From Eukaryota sp. TZLM1-RC (Eukaryota; Protista; Metamonada: BaSk clade): DNA of 64,000 nt. This document shows positions 11,255-23,109 of this stretch, in pieces (positions within the stretch are counted from its first letter, which is position 1; each line of letters begins with the position of its first letter). Position numbers and translations under genes: made by a program. The notes under the pieces were generated by a model. The model did not search any database and was not told the origin of the DNA. It worked only from the letters and a program-made list of their open reading frames with translations. The stretch spans positions 558,001 through 622,000 of the forward strand of contig JAUPSS010000004.1 in assembly GCA_040285825.1 (NCBI GenBank), read 5' to 3'.

Positions 11255-13106
11255 TCCTCCACTTTTGCCGTATTTTAAATTGATGTATGGATCACCCTCT
11301 AACTTAATTTTTCATTCTGAGAATATTGTTTCGTCAAGAGGTGTCAAACAAAGGGATCCTCTGGGTCCATTTTTCTTTTGCTTAGCACTGCAATCAGTTT
11401 TGGTAAAATTTAAGTCGGATTTTCCTGACATTCATGTATGTGCTTATGCAGATGATTTATCACTTATTGGCCCTTTGTCTCTTTTACAACACGGTTTACA
11501 ACATTTTGTTTTTCTGGCCAAACAAATAGGGTTAGACATTAAATTGCCCAAGTGTTTCATTATTGGTAATCAGCATGCGGAGGTGGCATTTAATGAAACT
11601 TTTATCAAATAAGTTGATTACGAGGAAGATGCTATTCGGTTTCTTGGATCTTATTTTGGAAATAGTGAAAAAGTTAAATCGATTTTGTCAGGTATTTTGG
11701 AAAAAATCGAAGAGCAACTTTTGGCTATTCAAGATCTAGAAATTGACAAACATTTAGCGTTTTCGGTCCTAAATGTGTGTTTTGGATCAAAAATTAATCA
11801 TCTTCTTCGTTCTTTATCTCCCACAATTTCTCATGATTTTGCACATCAATTCAATACTTTGAGAACAAATTTCTTAGGAAATTTAGTAGAAGTTTGTCCA
11901 TCTAAAATTCCTTATCATGCATTTTTTTAGTCCTAAATTTGGTGGAGTTGGTTTTTCAAAAGCAGAGTATTTATGCAAAAGTGCTTTTATTGGTGGTATG
12001 AAAAATTTTCTTTTTGAATGGAAACTTCGTTTTGATCATATTCCTTTAAATGAATCACATCCTTTATTAATTTCTCTGGAAAAAATGGTGCAAGAACTAC
12101 CTGTTGATATTTGGAATAGGAGTTTTCCTTCAAGTTTGCCTGCTGTGCCTTCGAGATCTTTCGCCAACCTTCATCTTGCTGTTGTGAAATTACAGAAGTC
12201 TGTTCTTATTGGTTTTGAAGACCTGGATTTTCCTAAACGACTTAGTGTGACTAAGATTAATAATCCCGTCTTTGCTGCCTTTTTATCAGACATTCAGAAC
12301 TGTACTAGTTTAATATCTCAGCAACCAAGGCCATTTGGTCTTCACTTAACAAATGAAGCTTGGAAACAAAACATGCGGTTGAGATTAGGGATGTATCCAA
12401 GTGGTCTTTTGGACAATTCTTATTGTATTTGTAACAAAAAACCTACTGCCAATTTTTGTCATATTGTGAGCTGTAAGAAATTTCTCCAATATAGGTCAGT
12501 TCTTCATAATGCCGTTCGTGATGTGACATATGAGATGTTCAAGTGTTACAATTTCAGTTGCAAAGTAGAACCTTTGTTGAAGCATTATAGTGATGATAAT
12601 CTTTTTAATTCACGTCGAGGTGATTTAATTGCTCCTTTTGTGGGTTCCTCTCAAGTTGTTGTTGATTTCACTACAGTTGATCCCTTTGCTTTTGTTTATC
12701 GCGATGATGTTTTACTTAGTACTAATGGTCATTTAAACAAGGCTGAAGATCGTAAGAGAGATAAATATACTGAGATATTAAATGATTTAAATAAGAACCT
12801 TTATTCGAAGTTTTCGTTTGTTCCTATTGCCTTTTCGATTTTTGGCAACATTGGACAATCCGCCTTGAATTTCATCAATGATTTTGGTAATTTATGTCGT
12901 TCAAGTGGTAAGAATTTTGCAGAGAATTTATGGAAAAATCGTATCATTTTCGCTTTGTACAGAAGTGTTCCAAAGTACTTGAGTTTAATGATGTCCAAGC
13001 TGTATAAAGATTCATCAAGAGTTGGCGTGGAGAATTTAGTTTCTTATGTGTTTTAGTTTGTTTTGTTTTTATTTGATTCTTTATATAAATAAATAATTTT
13101 TTTATT
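11255..13106 (+). mobile_element. 5'-truncated CRE-like non-LTR retrotransposon, family B
   Basis: YGSPSNL, RGVKQRDPLGPFFF, AYADD, CIC...HIVSC, HNAVRD, RRGDL, FVPIAFSIFG. One stop and one frameshift. 13-bp TSD TAAAAGCACAAAA at 11242-11254 and 13107-13119. Confidence 0.92.
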
Positions 13107-13171
13107 TAAAAGCACAAAAAACACATAAAAATTTTAAAATTCTAAAAATAATCAAGAAAAAAAGATTTCTT

Positions 13172-15529
13172 CTACCAATGAAACGGTTCTGCAAATTCAT
13201 CAACATAGCTATCATATGCGTCAATCAAATATCTGCAATAACTTTGGGCTTGATGTTGAACCCACCATGGAAAACAAGATAATTCAACTAAATATTCATT
13301 CTTGATTAGTTTAACAGATTTAATTAAACCTTGCTTAATAAGACTTGTTGGAGATAGAGTAGAGTCCAACATCATGTCTTCATCTGGTCCAATCAATTGA
13401 ATGAACTTTAAAGAAGGGAACTTTTGTTCAGAAATTTTGTTAGGAACATGAAATTTTACTATTAATTCCTCCAAATTTGCTAATTGAATTTCAATCAACA
13501 CTGGGTCACCCAAATGTACTTCCAATCTAACAATAGATTGAGGTAAAGGTATTGCTCCTGATAAGATCATTTGTGAAACATTGTATTTTGTGATAACCAA
13601 TTCTTTTAATGTTGTAAGATTACTTAAATCAGCAAGCTCAATATCATAATGATTAAGCACTAACTTCACTAGTGAAGTGGGTAATTGTTCTACATCAATT
13701 GGAAAATCTATCTCAAGCCATTTCAGTTTTGATAAAGAAACAAAGTCTACACGAAACAACTCATCGGATAGTACCTCACCACAAAGCTTGACAACCTCAA
13801 CATTTGGGAAAAATGATAATAATTGTGGATCGTGAGGAACTTTATCATAGTAAAAATCAAGTTTTTTAATTCTAGTATTGACTACTTTAGGACCATAATA
13901 ATTGGTAGATAGTCGCAATTGTAAATCAGAAATATTTTCATATAAATTTAAATCTTGAGGGTTTTTTAAAAATTCAAAACCATTAATGACCTCTTTAGCG
14001 TACCCAGCAACTCTCCTGCTAATTGAGCATTTTGTATAGAATCTCGCCTTTGTATAAGGAAAATTTCCAAACAATTTTTTCAAAAGATTCAAAAAATGAG
14101 CATAAATTAATTTCACCAGATGGTGATACAATTTATTGTTGGTTTTATTTTTGTTTTTATTTTTTAATGGACATGGGCCCTGGAACCTGCCAAGTATTTC
14201 AGAACCAAATACTTTGACAGGTTGCAGTCGATCAAAATGGTCACCTGTACCTAATTGACCTTTATCATTCCTTCCCCAAGCCCAAACAGTGTTTTTGTTG
14301 TAGGCAAAAAGGAAGTTATAACCTACAGAATCACCTTCTATATTAGTGAAAGCATCGATACAAATTGGCTGATGGTGATCTTGATAATGAGGAGGTATTT
14401 CACTCAATCCACCCCAAACATAAACCTTACCATTGTTATCAACAGCAGCATAAATATCATCAAATGCACTGATGGAAATTATATCGCTTAAACCGGAAAT
14501 TTTGGTGGGTTGTTCGTCGAAGAAGTTAGTCGAGGAAGCACAATCCTCATCAAACATCCAAACAAAACCATCAGTGTCAATAAAATAGAAAGAATTATTG
14601 GAATCAAGCAAAAAACAACCAATTGAAGGTTTCTTTGGAGATATACACTTGGGTAATGCTATCGCTATCCAGAAATCATATTCCTGGTCGTCAGATTCAT
14701 AATCGCAATGTGTGTAGAGTACGAAGAAATCACCATTTTCATCAACTGCAACGACAGAATCATCACTAAAAGAAATAAAAACAATATTATTTAAATCTTC
14801 AATTATTTCAAATGGTTTACAATAACCCCATTTGATAACTTGACCTTCTTGGGTCAAAGCAAATGAACAATTTTCTCCACCATAAACTTCCTTAATATTA
14901 AAAGGAATGTCTACAAGGGTAATTGGTAGGAACTGATCTTCCGACATATTGATTTGAAAAACAGTATTGGAACCCCAACCAAATAACTTGCCTTCAGAAG
15001 AGAGGGCCAGGGAGTGTTCATGACCAGCAGAAATGGAGACAATGTCATAAAAAGGAAGTTTGATTGGTGACGTGACATTTCTAGGTCCATCAAAAAGAAC
15101 TTGACCTTCATCATTATATCCCCAGCTATAAACCTCACCAGAATAGGTGAGAAGAAGTGTGTGTTGAAAACCACTGGACAAACTCTTAACTCCAGACTTC
15201 AAGGCCGATCGATCGGGATTGAGATCAGCTGCTGTGTCAGTGAAGGAACATGTTGGAGAGCATGGTTGTGGAAAGTCTTGGTTTGATGTCCCATCTACGG
15301 TTGACTGAGAAACATAAGAGAACGAATCCTTTGTATCATGGCAACTGAGATCAGTGTTTGTGGAATGGTAGTTACAGGAATCATTGAAACAAGTTTGTAA
15401 AGACGTCGTAGGAGAAGAGCGTAGATTTACCTCACCCAAAACCATGGAATCAGAACAGTCATCGGATGCTAAGGATGAACAACATTGGTGGTCACGCTTC
15501 TCCGGAGAAGGGGAATGTCCACGAGTCAT
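13172..15529 (-). CDS. RCC1-repeat + divergent LRR protein, paralog 1
   Basis: ISAGHEHSLALSSEGKLFGWG, VWAWGRNDKGQLGTGD; LRR-like LPTSLVKLVL and LSNLTTLKELVI. Intact 785-aa ORF. Confidence 0.9.
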   Translation of the reverse strand: MTRGHSPSPEKRDHQCCSSLASDDCSDSMVLGEVNLRSSPTTSLQTCFNDSCNYHSTNTDLSCHDTKDSFSYVSQSTVDGTSNQDFPQPCSPTCSFTDTAADLNPDRSALKSGVKSLSSGFQHTLLLTYSGEVYSWGYNDEGQVLFDGPRNVTSPIKLPFYDIVSISAGHEHSLALSSEGKLFGWGSNTVFQINMSEDQFLPITLVDIPFNIKEVYGGENCSFALTQEGQVIKWGYCKPFEIIEDLNNIVFISFSDDSVVAVDENGDFFVLYTHCDYESDDQEYDFWIAIALPKCISPKKPSIGCFLLDSNNSFYFIDTDGFVWMFDEDCASSTNFFDEQPTKISGLSDIISISAFDDIYAAVDNNGKVYVWGGLSEIPPHYQDHHQPICIDAFTNIEGDSVGYNFLFAYNKNTVWAWGRNDKGQLGTGDHFDRLQPVKVFGSEILGRFQGPCPLKNKNKNKTNNKLYHHLVKLIYAHFLNLLKKLFGNFPYTKARFYTKCSISRRVAGYAKEVINGFEFLKNPQDLNLYENISDLQLRLSTNYYGPKVVNTRIKKLDFYYDKVPHDPQLLSFFPNVEVVKLCGEVLSDELFRVDFVSLSKLKWLEIDFPIDVEQLPTSLVKLVLNHYDIELADLSNLTTLKELVITKYNVSQMILSGAIPLPQSIVRLEVHLGDPVLIEIQLANLEELIVKFHVPNKISEQKFPSLKFIQLIGPDEDMMLDSTLSPTSLIKQGLIKSVKLIKNEYLVELSCFPWWVQHQAQSYCRYLIDAYDSYVDEFAEPFHW

Positions 15530-15596
15530 TGAAACAGATGATGTCTATAACAATGAAATAAGTGTCCTGTTTACACTGATGTTTACACCTGTTTAC

Positions 15597-17135
15597 AATT
15601 ATGACCAACAAGCTTTTAAGTTTCTTGGATGTTGGCTTGGCAATTTGGATGAAATTTATTCCCAGTTAAACAATTTATTGGAGAAGTTTGACAAGGATCT
15701 TAGTTTTATTGCTGAATGTGACATTGAGAAACACATCAAATTTTTTATTTTAAAAATTTGTTATTCTGGAAAATTCACTCATATTTTAAGGTCAACTCCC
15801 CCTTCGGTAGCTCTCAATTTTTGCAGATCTTTTAACAAACTTCGAGTCAAATTTTTTTCTTCTTTATAACAAGTAAATGAATCTTTAATTCGAAGTCATG
15901 TATTTTGTTCAGCAGATTTGGGTGGAATTGGACTCACCAAATCTTCGATTCTGTGTAAAGCAGCATTTTTGGGAGGTGGTAAAAATTTTGTTTTTGAATT
16001 TTTCCAAAGGTTCCCTTTTGATGTTCATCTGATCAATGGTGAATCAAATTTTTACTTGAATCAACTTCAAATCGAATTAGAAAATTTGCCTAGCGATATC
16101 TGGATTCTGTGTTTCCTCAAAATGTTCAAGAAATTCCCACCCGATCACATCCAAATTTACGTTTTTGCTTGAAAAAGCTTCAGCACCATCTGGTTAAATT
16201 ATATGAAGGCTTGGATTATGAAGTAAGACTTGGCTTGGCCAAAACTAAAAATCCCGCTTTCGGTAATTTTTTAAAGGATATTCGTGATAGTTCAGCTGCT
16301 GCTTTAGTAACTCAAGTTCCCTCTGTTTATGGACTTTTGTTAAAAGACAATGAATGGCTTCTAAACATGCGTTTTCGTTGTTTTCTGTGGCCAAACAAAT
16401 TGCCCAATCATTTAACTTGTAAATGTGGTAAACCTCTTTTGTTTACTCATCTTTTGAACTGTAAACATTTCATTACGTTTAGAAGCAAAGTGCATAATAA
16501 CGTCAGGGACCAAATTTATGTAATTTGCAAATCATATCGTGTAGATTCCTTTTTAGAACCGCTGTTATCAAAATTAATTCTTGATGATCCCAATAATGAT
16601 AGTACGCGTTACAACAGAGCTTCTATGGGTCTGACTAGAGGTGATCTAGTTGTTCCTGGTTTAAATGGTAGTTTTACTATTTTGGACGCCATGTCTATTG
16701 ACCCTTGTAATTCCTCTAACGAACATTTCATTAACTCGGATGTAAATAATCCTCTTCTTGCAGGCGAAAATATAATATTGCTAAATATGCGAAACCCATT
16801 TCCTCGGTTAATGAAAATTCTCATGCCCAATATAATTTATGTCCAATTGTTTTTTCTTTGCTTGGATCTCTAGGTAAGGCTGCTATGGCTTTCCTTGAGG
16901 ATTTTGTTGTAGTTGTAAAGGAAAGAACTGGAAGAATTTTCAATCGTGTTTACTGGCAAAACAGGATTGTATTTTCTATTTTTAAGGGAATGGTAACACT
17001 AATTTCTGATTCACTATCTTCTTTTGGGAAATTTTCTGAATCTTTAGCGATTAATTGTTTTGATGTAGGGGAGGCAGGTTTTGAGGATGTGGAGTTTTAA
17101 TTGTGTATTTCATATTTGTTGTTGAAAAAAATAAA
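15597..17135 (+). mobile_element. 5'-truncated, frameshifted CRE-like non-LTR retrotransposon, family C
   Basis: FKFLG, KICYSGKFTHILRS, CKC...HLLNC, HNNVRD, TRGDL, YWQNRIVFSIFKG. No TSD found; ends approximate. Confidence 0.88.
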
Positions 17136-17939
17136 TTCAGGACATTCCGCGTTATTCAATTGGACATTTGAAGTGTTGTTACAAAAAGTTTCAGCAAACA
17201 CTGTCAAAGTTTCGAAAATTGGGAATTTTGATAACAATCCTGGTACGATTTCCAAAAAAAAAATTACACTTCAACCATTCTTTTACAAAATACTTGTGAT
17301 ACTACACCCTTCGCCTTCAAGAAAATCCTTTACTCAAGATGACAATGGGTCCACTACCGTGTTTTTGTACATTTCTTTTATGATTTTACGAAAATTTCCA
17401 GGTGATGACTTCTGTGAGGGACAGCATATTAAATAAAACGTCCCTTGGTGTTACTTATACACTGTATTTACAATTGTCATTCTCACCTTCATTAATTGAA
17501 AACTTCAGTGGCCTGAAAACTTCAATGACAACAATACTTCCTTCGCAGAGTCCAAGAAAATTACACATAGGGTGAATGGCGTAATTATATAATCATTATT
17601 TACACAAAAAAATCTTTCTGGCGATCACTTACACTTACATTAAACCATACCAAATCTTTGAGAGGATAAGCAAACGGTATGGTGTTGGCGCCCTAAGGCT
17701 TATATAATATGAATAGAAAATAAATCAGACTTTTCTTTACTACAATAGACTTTAGGCAACAATAATTATTGGCCATTTTAAAGTCAAAAGGTATACCATA
17801 ACTTCAGCACTTTACTAGTGAACATCCCCAGAAACTTTTACAGCATGTCAGACATCTTTTAGCAAGATATCTCTGACCCTAATCCCCATCTAATATGCAG
17901 CAGGTACCAGCGACACATATACATAATATAGAGGGTAAC

Positions 17940-18226
17940 GAGGCAACGGACCCGGATCCCACCTCCCCCTCCCTTAAAGTAGAAGAAGATGAAAGAGTGG
18001 ACGAGGTCCCTCCATCTTCAGCAAGGGAAGAGGTAACGAGAACGGACACGGCTCCCTCTCCCCTCAGAAAAAAAGAAACTGATGAGGTTACGAGAACGGA
18101 CCCGGCTCCCTCTCCCCTCAAAGCAATGGAAGAGGCAACGAGAACGGACCCAGCTCCCTCTCCCCTCAAGTATACAGAAATTTCCTCGGAGGCAACGAGA
18201 ACGGACCCGGCTCCCTCTCCCCTCCC
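17940..18226 (+). repeat. About five imperfect repeats encoding E(A/V)TRTDPAPSPL in the gag leader
   Basis: Unit GAGGCAACGAGAACGGACCCGGCTCCCTCTCCCCTC with variable spacers. Also present in the 39940-40673 copy. Confidence 0.9.
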
Positions 18227-21200
18227 AATTCTAGAACCTGTCTCCAAGGGAACGGATGGAAATCCCACCTTAGACACGTCTTCCCCATTAGGAGAATATG
18301 AAGAAATTCAATCTCAACTGGATGAAATGGAGGGAGAAGACGACTCTTCCGAGGGGTTCTACAAGTTATTAAGAGAGGATGCGAAGGCTTACCTCGAACC
18401 AACAGATTTCTGTCTGTTCGAGCAGCTTTCCCCTTTATGGAGTAACATTCAAAAAAGAGGCAGAAACGTTGGTTTTCAGACCTCGCGGAATGATTGGGGA
18501 TACCCAAAAGGTATTGGAAATTCCCCTCAATGAAAGGAATGAACTCATAAAGGCACTTGATAAACTGAGTAGAGAGACATTCGGACGTAACGCAGAGCGC
18601 CGCCCCAGAATCTCTGGAATGGACAAGAGAATCAATAAAATGATTTCCCTTCCCATCAAAGATAGATTGGATTGGAAGGCCTCCTTCCTAGATCAACACG
18701 GCGAAAGAATGAGGTTTCTCTCCATCGAGCAGAGAAGTAGGACCGATTCGAAAGACATCCTACAATCCAAATTGCCTGCCTGGAAATCCATAATTACACA
18801 GAGCTGACAGAGGGTGCTCCCACATATTTTAGGGAATTTATGGAGCAGGAGGATAGTAGTGAACAAGACAAGCTTGAACCAGCAACACCCTGGTTTGATG
18901 CAGACGCTTTAAATAACATTCATACGGAACGATCAGCTGTATCCACGTATAGGAGCCGCCCTAACAACTACGTCCAACAACATGATAACTCGTTCACGAA
19001 ACAACGAGAGTTCAGACAATGGGTAACGGGAGATCCATCCACATCTCTCCACCTTCCCAAACTGCCTGTTGTAGCCCCTATAATTACTGAAAACAGCCAA
19101 CCAATACAGGTCTGCTCTATTGACAGCATACCAGAACACGTTCCAACAGTGAACGTCCCGGAACCTGTAACTAGACAAAACGTTGCTCCTCAGAAAAAAC
19201 CAACTTCCTCCCAACCTATTGAATGTGAAATCGGGGAAGACATAGAGTTGAACGGGCCAGTCGTTGGAGAAACGGCTCCTCCTCAACCCTCAGTAAGAAA
19301 CTCTTCTTCCGACAGATCTATGCGTATTGAGGATCTACAATCCTCAAGAAGAGCTATTGACATGAGCATAGCTAGTAGTCTTCATAGACAGATTGATCCA
19401 CGGTCTAAGGATATTGACTATAAAAGACCTCGATTATCCGCTGATGACCCTATCAACAAAATGTCTATCATAGCTTTTCTTTTAAAATATCAAACTTGGG
19501 ATAAATACGGGCGAAAGATAGCTAATAGAAGCTTTGAAGCCCCAGGTTAATCTGATTGGACCAGAGCCTTTATGATAACTACCCAGCTATTTGGAGAAGG
19601 CCAAGCAAAAATAACCCAAGATAGGATTAAAGATCTCCCCAAACATATACGCGACGAGTTCACCAGGGATACAACACAGCCTTTGGTAAGAATTGACCCA
19701 GCAATAACAGATAAGCTCGGACCCCCAATCCACCATTATGATTTATTTAGGAGCATGATGATGAGCACTTGCCCTACAGGAATATTCAGCATGATTGACC
19801 CTAGCCTTCTATCCAGATGGCAAAGTCAAGGTTTACTCGGTGTTGATTATACCGACGCCGACGTCATGGTATTTCTGTTAAAAAGAACACAATTCACATC
19901 ATATCATGAGGCCTGTACAGCTTTAATGAAGCTTAGAATAAACTGGAGAAAAATCCACAATAGACATGAGGCTGACAACGAGTTTGGTCGTTATGTAGAA
20001 GATTTTGGAGACGTCTTGAGAATGACCACCTACATGACCGACCCAACCATCCCCGATTGAATTAGAGGAGGCAGTGGGCTGATAACCATATCTCCCGCTC
20101 TAATAGCCGAGTACTTCCTTATGGGTTTCGATAACTTTGCTATATCGAGCGAACTCCTCCCAGTATGGACTAGGGAATCCTTGTGGGACTCACCGAACAG
20201 AACAACTCTACTCGATTTGATATCGACAACGAGAAGACATTTCTTCGCTTGGTGTTACACAGCAGAAAACAAGCCCACAATGGATGTACTAAGGAACAGG
20301 GCTAACGAAGAAGATATTTCTTTGGGACTCACGGCGATGAGAACTTACTCAAGAGGAGTAACACCATCAGCCCAGGCTCCATCAAAACGAGCAAGACGAT
20401 CAGGTGGAAAGTCAAGAGGAACCCCTCAACACAAATACATCCCTGAAAAGCATGAACGAGAAGGATCAAAATTCTGTACATTCTGCAGCAACGTCGAAGA
20501 TAACAATCCTGTTGGCCACACTGTATTCGAATGCAAAGACCCTCGTTGTGCTAGAAGCAGAGTTCCCGACGAAGAAAGATTCAAATTAGGAGAACAGGAG
20601 ACGCCTGCTAGTAGAGGCAGTGTAGAAAGGGGCCGTGGTAGACGTGTACATAGATTCAAATTTAGACGCCGTGGAGGCCGTTTTAGAGGTCATAAAGGAA
20701 GAGGTCAGTACAGACCTATTTATAACATCAACGCTTCAGAGGATATATCATCAAACGCATCCCCTACTGAGTCAAAACCGACCCGTTCGAGTACGGTTCG
20801 TCACAGACGGATCAACAACAGCAACCGGAACAGCAGGACAGGCAACTTACCTAATCGGGTACACATAAACGCAATCAATCACAATCAATCAACAACCGAT
20901 TGAGGAAACCCGACAACAACTTTCCAACAGCTCAACGAGATCTTTTAATTCCTCTACAAATTCACAAAACCAGCTCTGATATCAATAATATTTTTGATAT
21001 TAATTCTACGGTTAGTGAAAACCACATCAGGTCCCAGCGTAAAGGATAATGAGAAAACAGCAATCTCAATTCCTGGAAGGTCAATCATGTTTAAAAGAGC
21101 TTGCTTCGGACTAAAGAACATCCCAGCAGTTTTTCAAAACGTAATGATGGAAATTTTTCAAATAGACGGCGTTTTCATATACATTGACGATATCACAAAA

Positions 21201-22969
21201 GTTGAAACGACATTCGAAGAATTTTATAAGAGATTACAAAGAGTCCTCCAATGCGCCAGAAATAGACGTGTAAATATAGGCTTACGTAAATGTAAATTCG
21301 TAACATCAAAACACCCTATCGACATTTTAGGAAGTACCTTCCAGGATAAAACTAGATTTATAAGTAAGAAAAAAATCGCAGCCTTGATGAGAATCCCTAG
21401 ACCAAAAACAGTGAAAGAAGTTCGCTCATTGGTAGGGTCCATCAATTATATTAGAGATTGGCTTCCAGGTATTTCTAAATTAATTGCTCCAATTGACGAG
21501 CTAATTAAAGGAAAACCTAAAATAGTTAAAAGGAGTAGCAAGCATGACGATTACTTAAAACAAATAAAAGACTTAATAGTAAACCACATGCCCCTCGAAT
21601 TACCAGCTCCGGGCAAGCGAGTATTGATAAGTACTGACGCTTCAGATGTAGCAGTAGGAGGTGTTATTTGGCAAGAAATTGAACCCTACTCCCCTGCAGG
21701 AACCCCGCTAAAGAAAAAGAAAGTAAAACCTTTGTCATTCTATAGTTGATTGCTTACAGAAACACAAAGAAAATGGTCCACTTTACAAAAAGAATTATAT
21801 GCAATACTTTTGATTTTAACTGAAAGTTTGTTTAGAAAGCTAATTGTTAACTAGACATTTAACAATTTTCACAGATCATAAAAACATTGAATTCCTGGCT
21901 ACAGCCCCAGAGAAAAATAGAATTGTAAAGAGATGGCTGCTGATACTATCTGAATTCGACTTTGACATAGTCCACGAACCTGGTGAAGACAACCATTGGG
22001 CAGATATGTTATCGAGGAATATTGATTTGGATCAAAACGAGGAAACTCCTTCTATTTGTAGCATAAATATACCAGATACTTTACTTTCAAATTACGAGAT
22101 ACCTCCACTAGACGATGATTCGGATTCGGATCTTGGAGACATCCCACCAATCTCATCTCTAAGTAGACACCAAGACCTACCTATTCTTTCTTCTTGGTTC
22201 TCTAAGATAAGATCTGAACAACAAATAGCCAAAAACAACAACGACTCGTTATTTGAAAATGCAATTCTAGATGAAAATACTCATATTTGGAAAAAGAATA
22301 AAAACAAAATTCTGATTCCAAAGAGCCTCAGAAAACAGGCACTACTATTAATACATGGTTTGTTTCAATCTGGTCACCCTAGCAAAAACGATAGTTTTTC
22401 AGAAACTATCCAAAAGCGATTTCTACTGGCCCAATATGAGAAAGGACCTCATTAATCATGTCAAAAGATGCCCAACTTGTCAAAAAACGGCTCCAGTTAA
22501 AAGATTAAAAACACCTTCCACAGGATCTCTATGGGCAGATCGTCCTTTTGCTAGATTAAATGTCGACACAATTGGACCTCTGAATACTGATAGTGATGGT
22601 AATAAATACTTATTAGTATTTGTAGCTTCTTTTACTGGATACTCAATTTTAGTCCCTCTGAAAAAACTCAATGCCTTAGAGACTGCAGAGGCTTTGATTT
22701 GGACCGTTTGCGCAATTTTTGGCATACCTATGTTAATTCATAGTGATAATGGTCCTGAGTTCGCCAATGAGACTTTTAAGATAGTGTGTAATAGATTAGC
22801 TATTGACATGAGTAACTTAATACCCCACTACTCTGAAAGTAATGGACTCGTAGAACGAAAACATAGAGACGTTCTACAATGCTTGAGGAAATTATTAATA
22901 GATTTTAATGATTATGGAAATTGGTCTACATACGTACCTATATCCCCAACTATTCATAAATTCTACTAA

Positions 22970-23109
22970 TGTTGTTGTTGAACTCAAATTGAATTAGTAG
23001 GTTTCTTTGTATTTCGACTGATGACGTGATACTCATTTATGAATCAGTTTTATTAATAAACAACAGATTTTTCTCTCTCCTTCGTGTGTTCATCTGCCTA
23101 ACGGCATCA
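22970..23109. mobile_element. 140-bp solo LTR of a second family, inserted in the Gypsy integrase
   Basis: TGTTG...CATCA termini and 4-bp TSD CTAA (22966-22969, 23110-23113). Removal restores NSTKSRKTGFTLYELMFG. Confidence 0.85.

Noticed and set aside
11255-17135. Diversity-generating retroelement (RT next to a variable gene)
   Set aside because: The RTs are non-LTR type with endonuclease and TSDs. No template/variable repeat pair with adenine-specific differences was seen.
17940-18226. CRISPR-like repeat-spacer array
   Set aside because: The repeats are in-frame coding units of a Gypsy gag leader, spacer lengths are irregular, and there are no cas genes.
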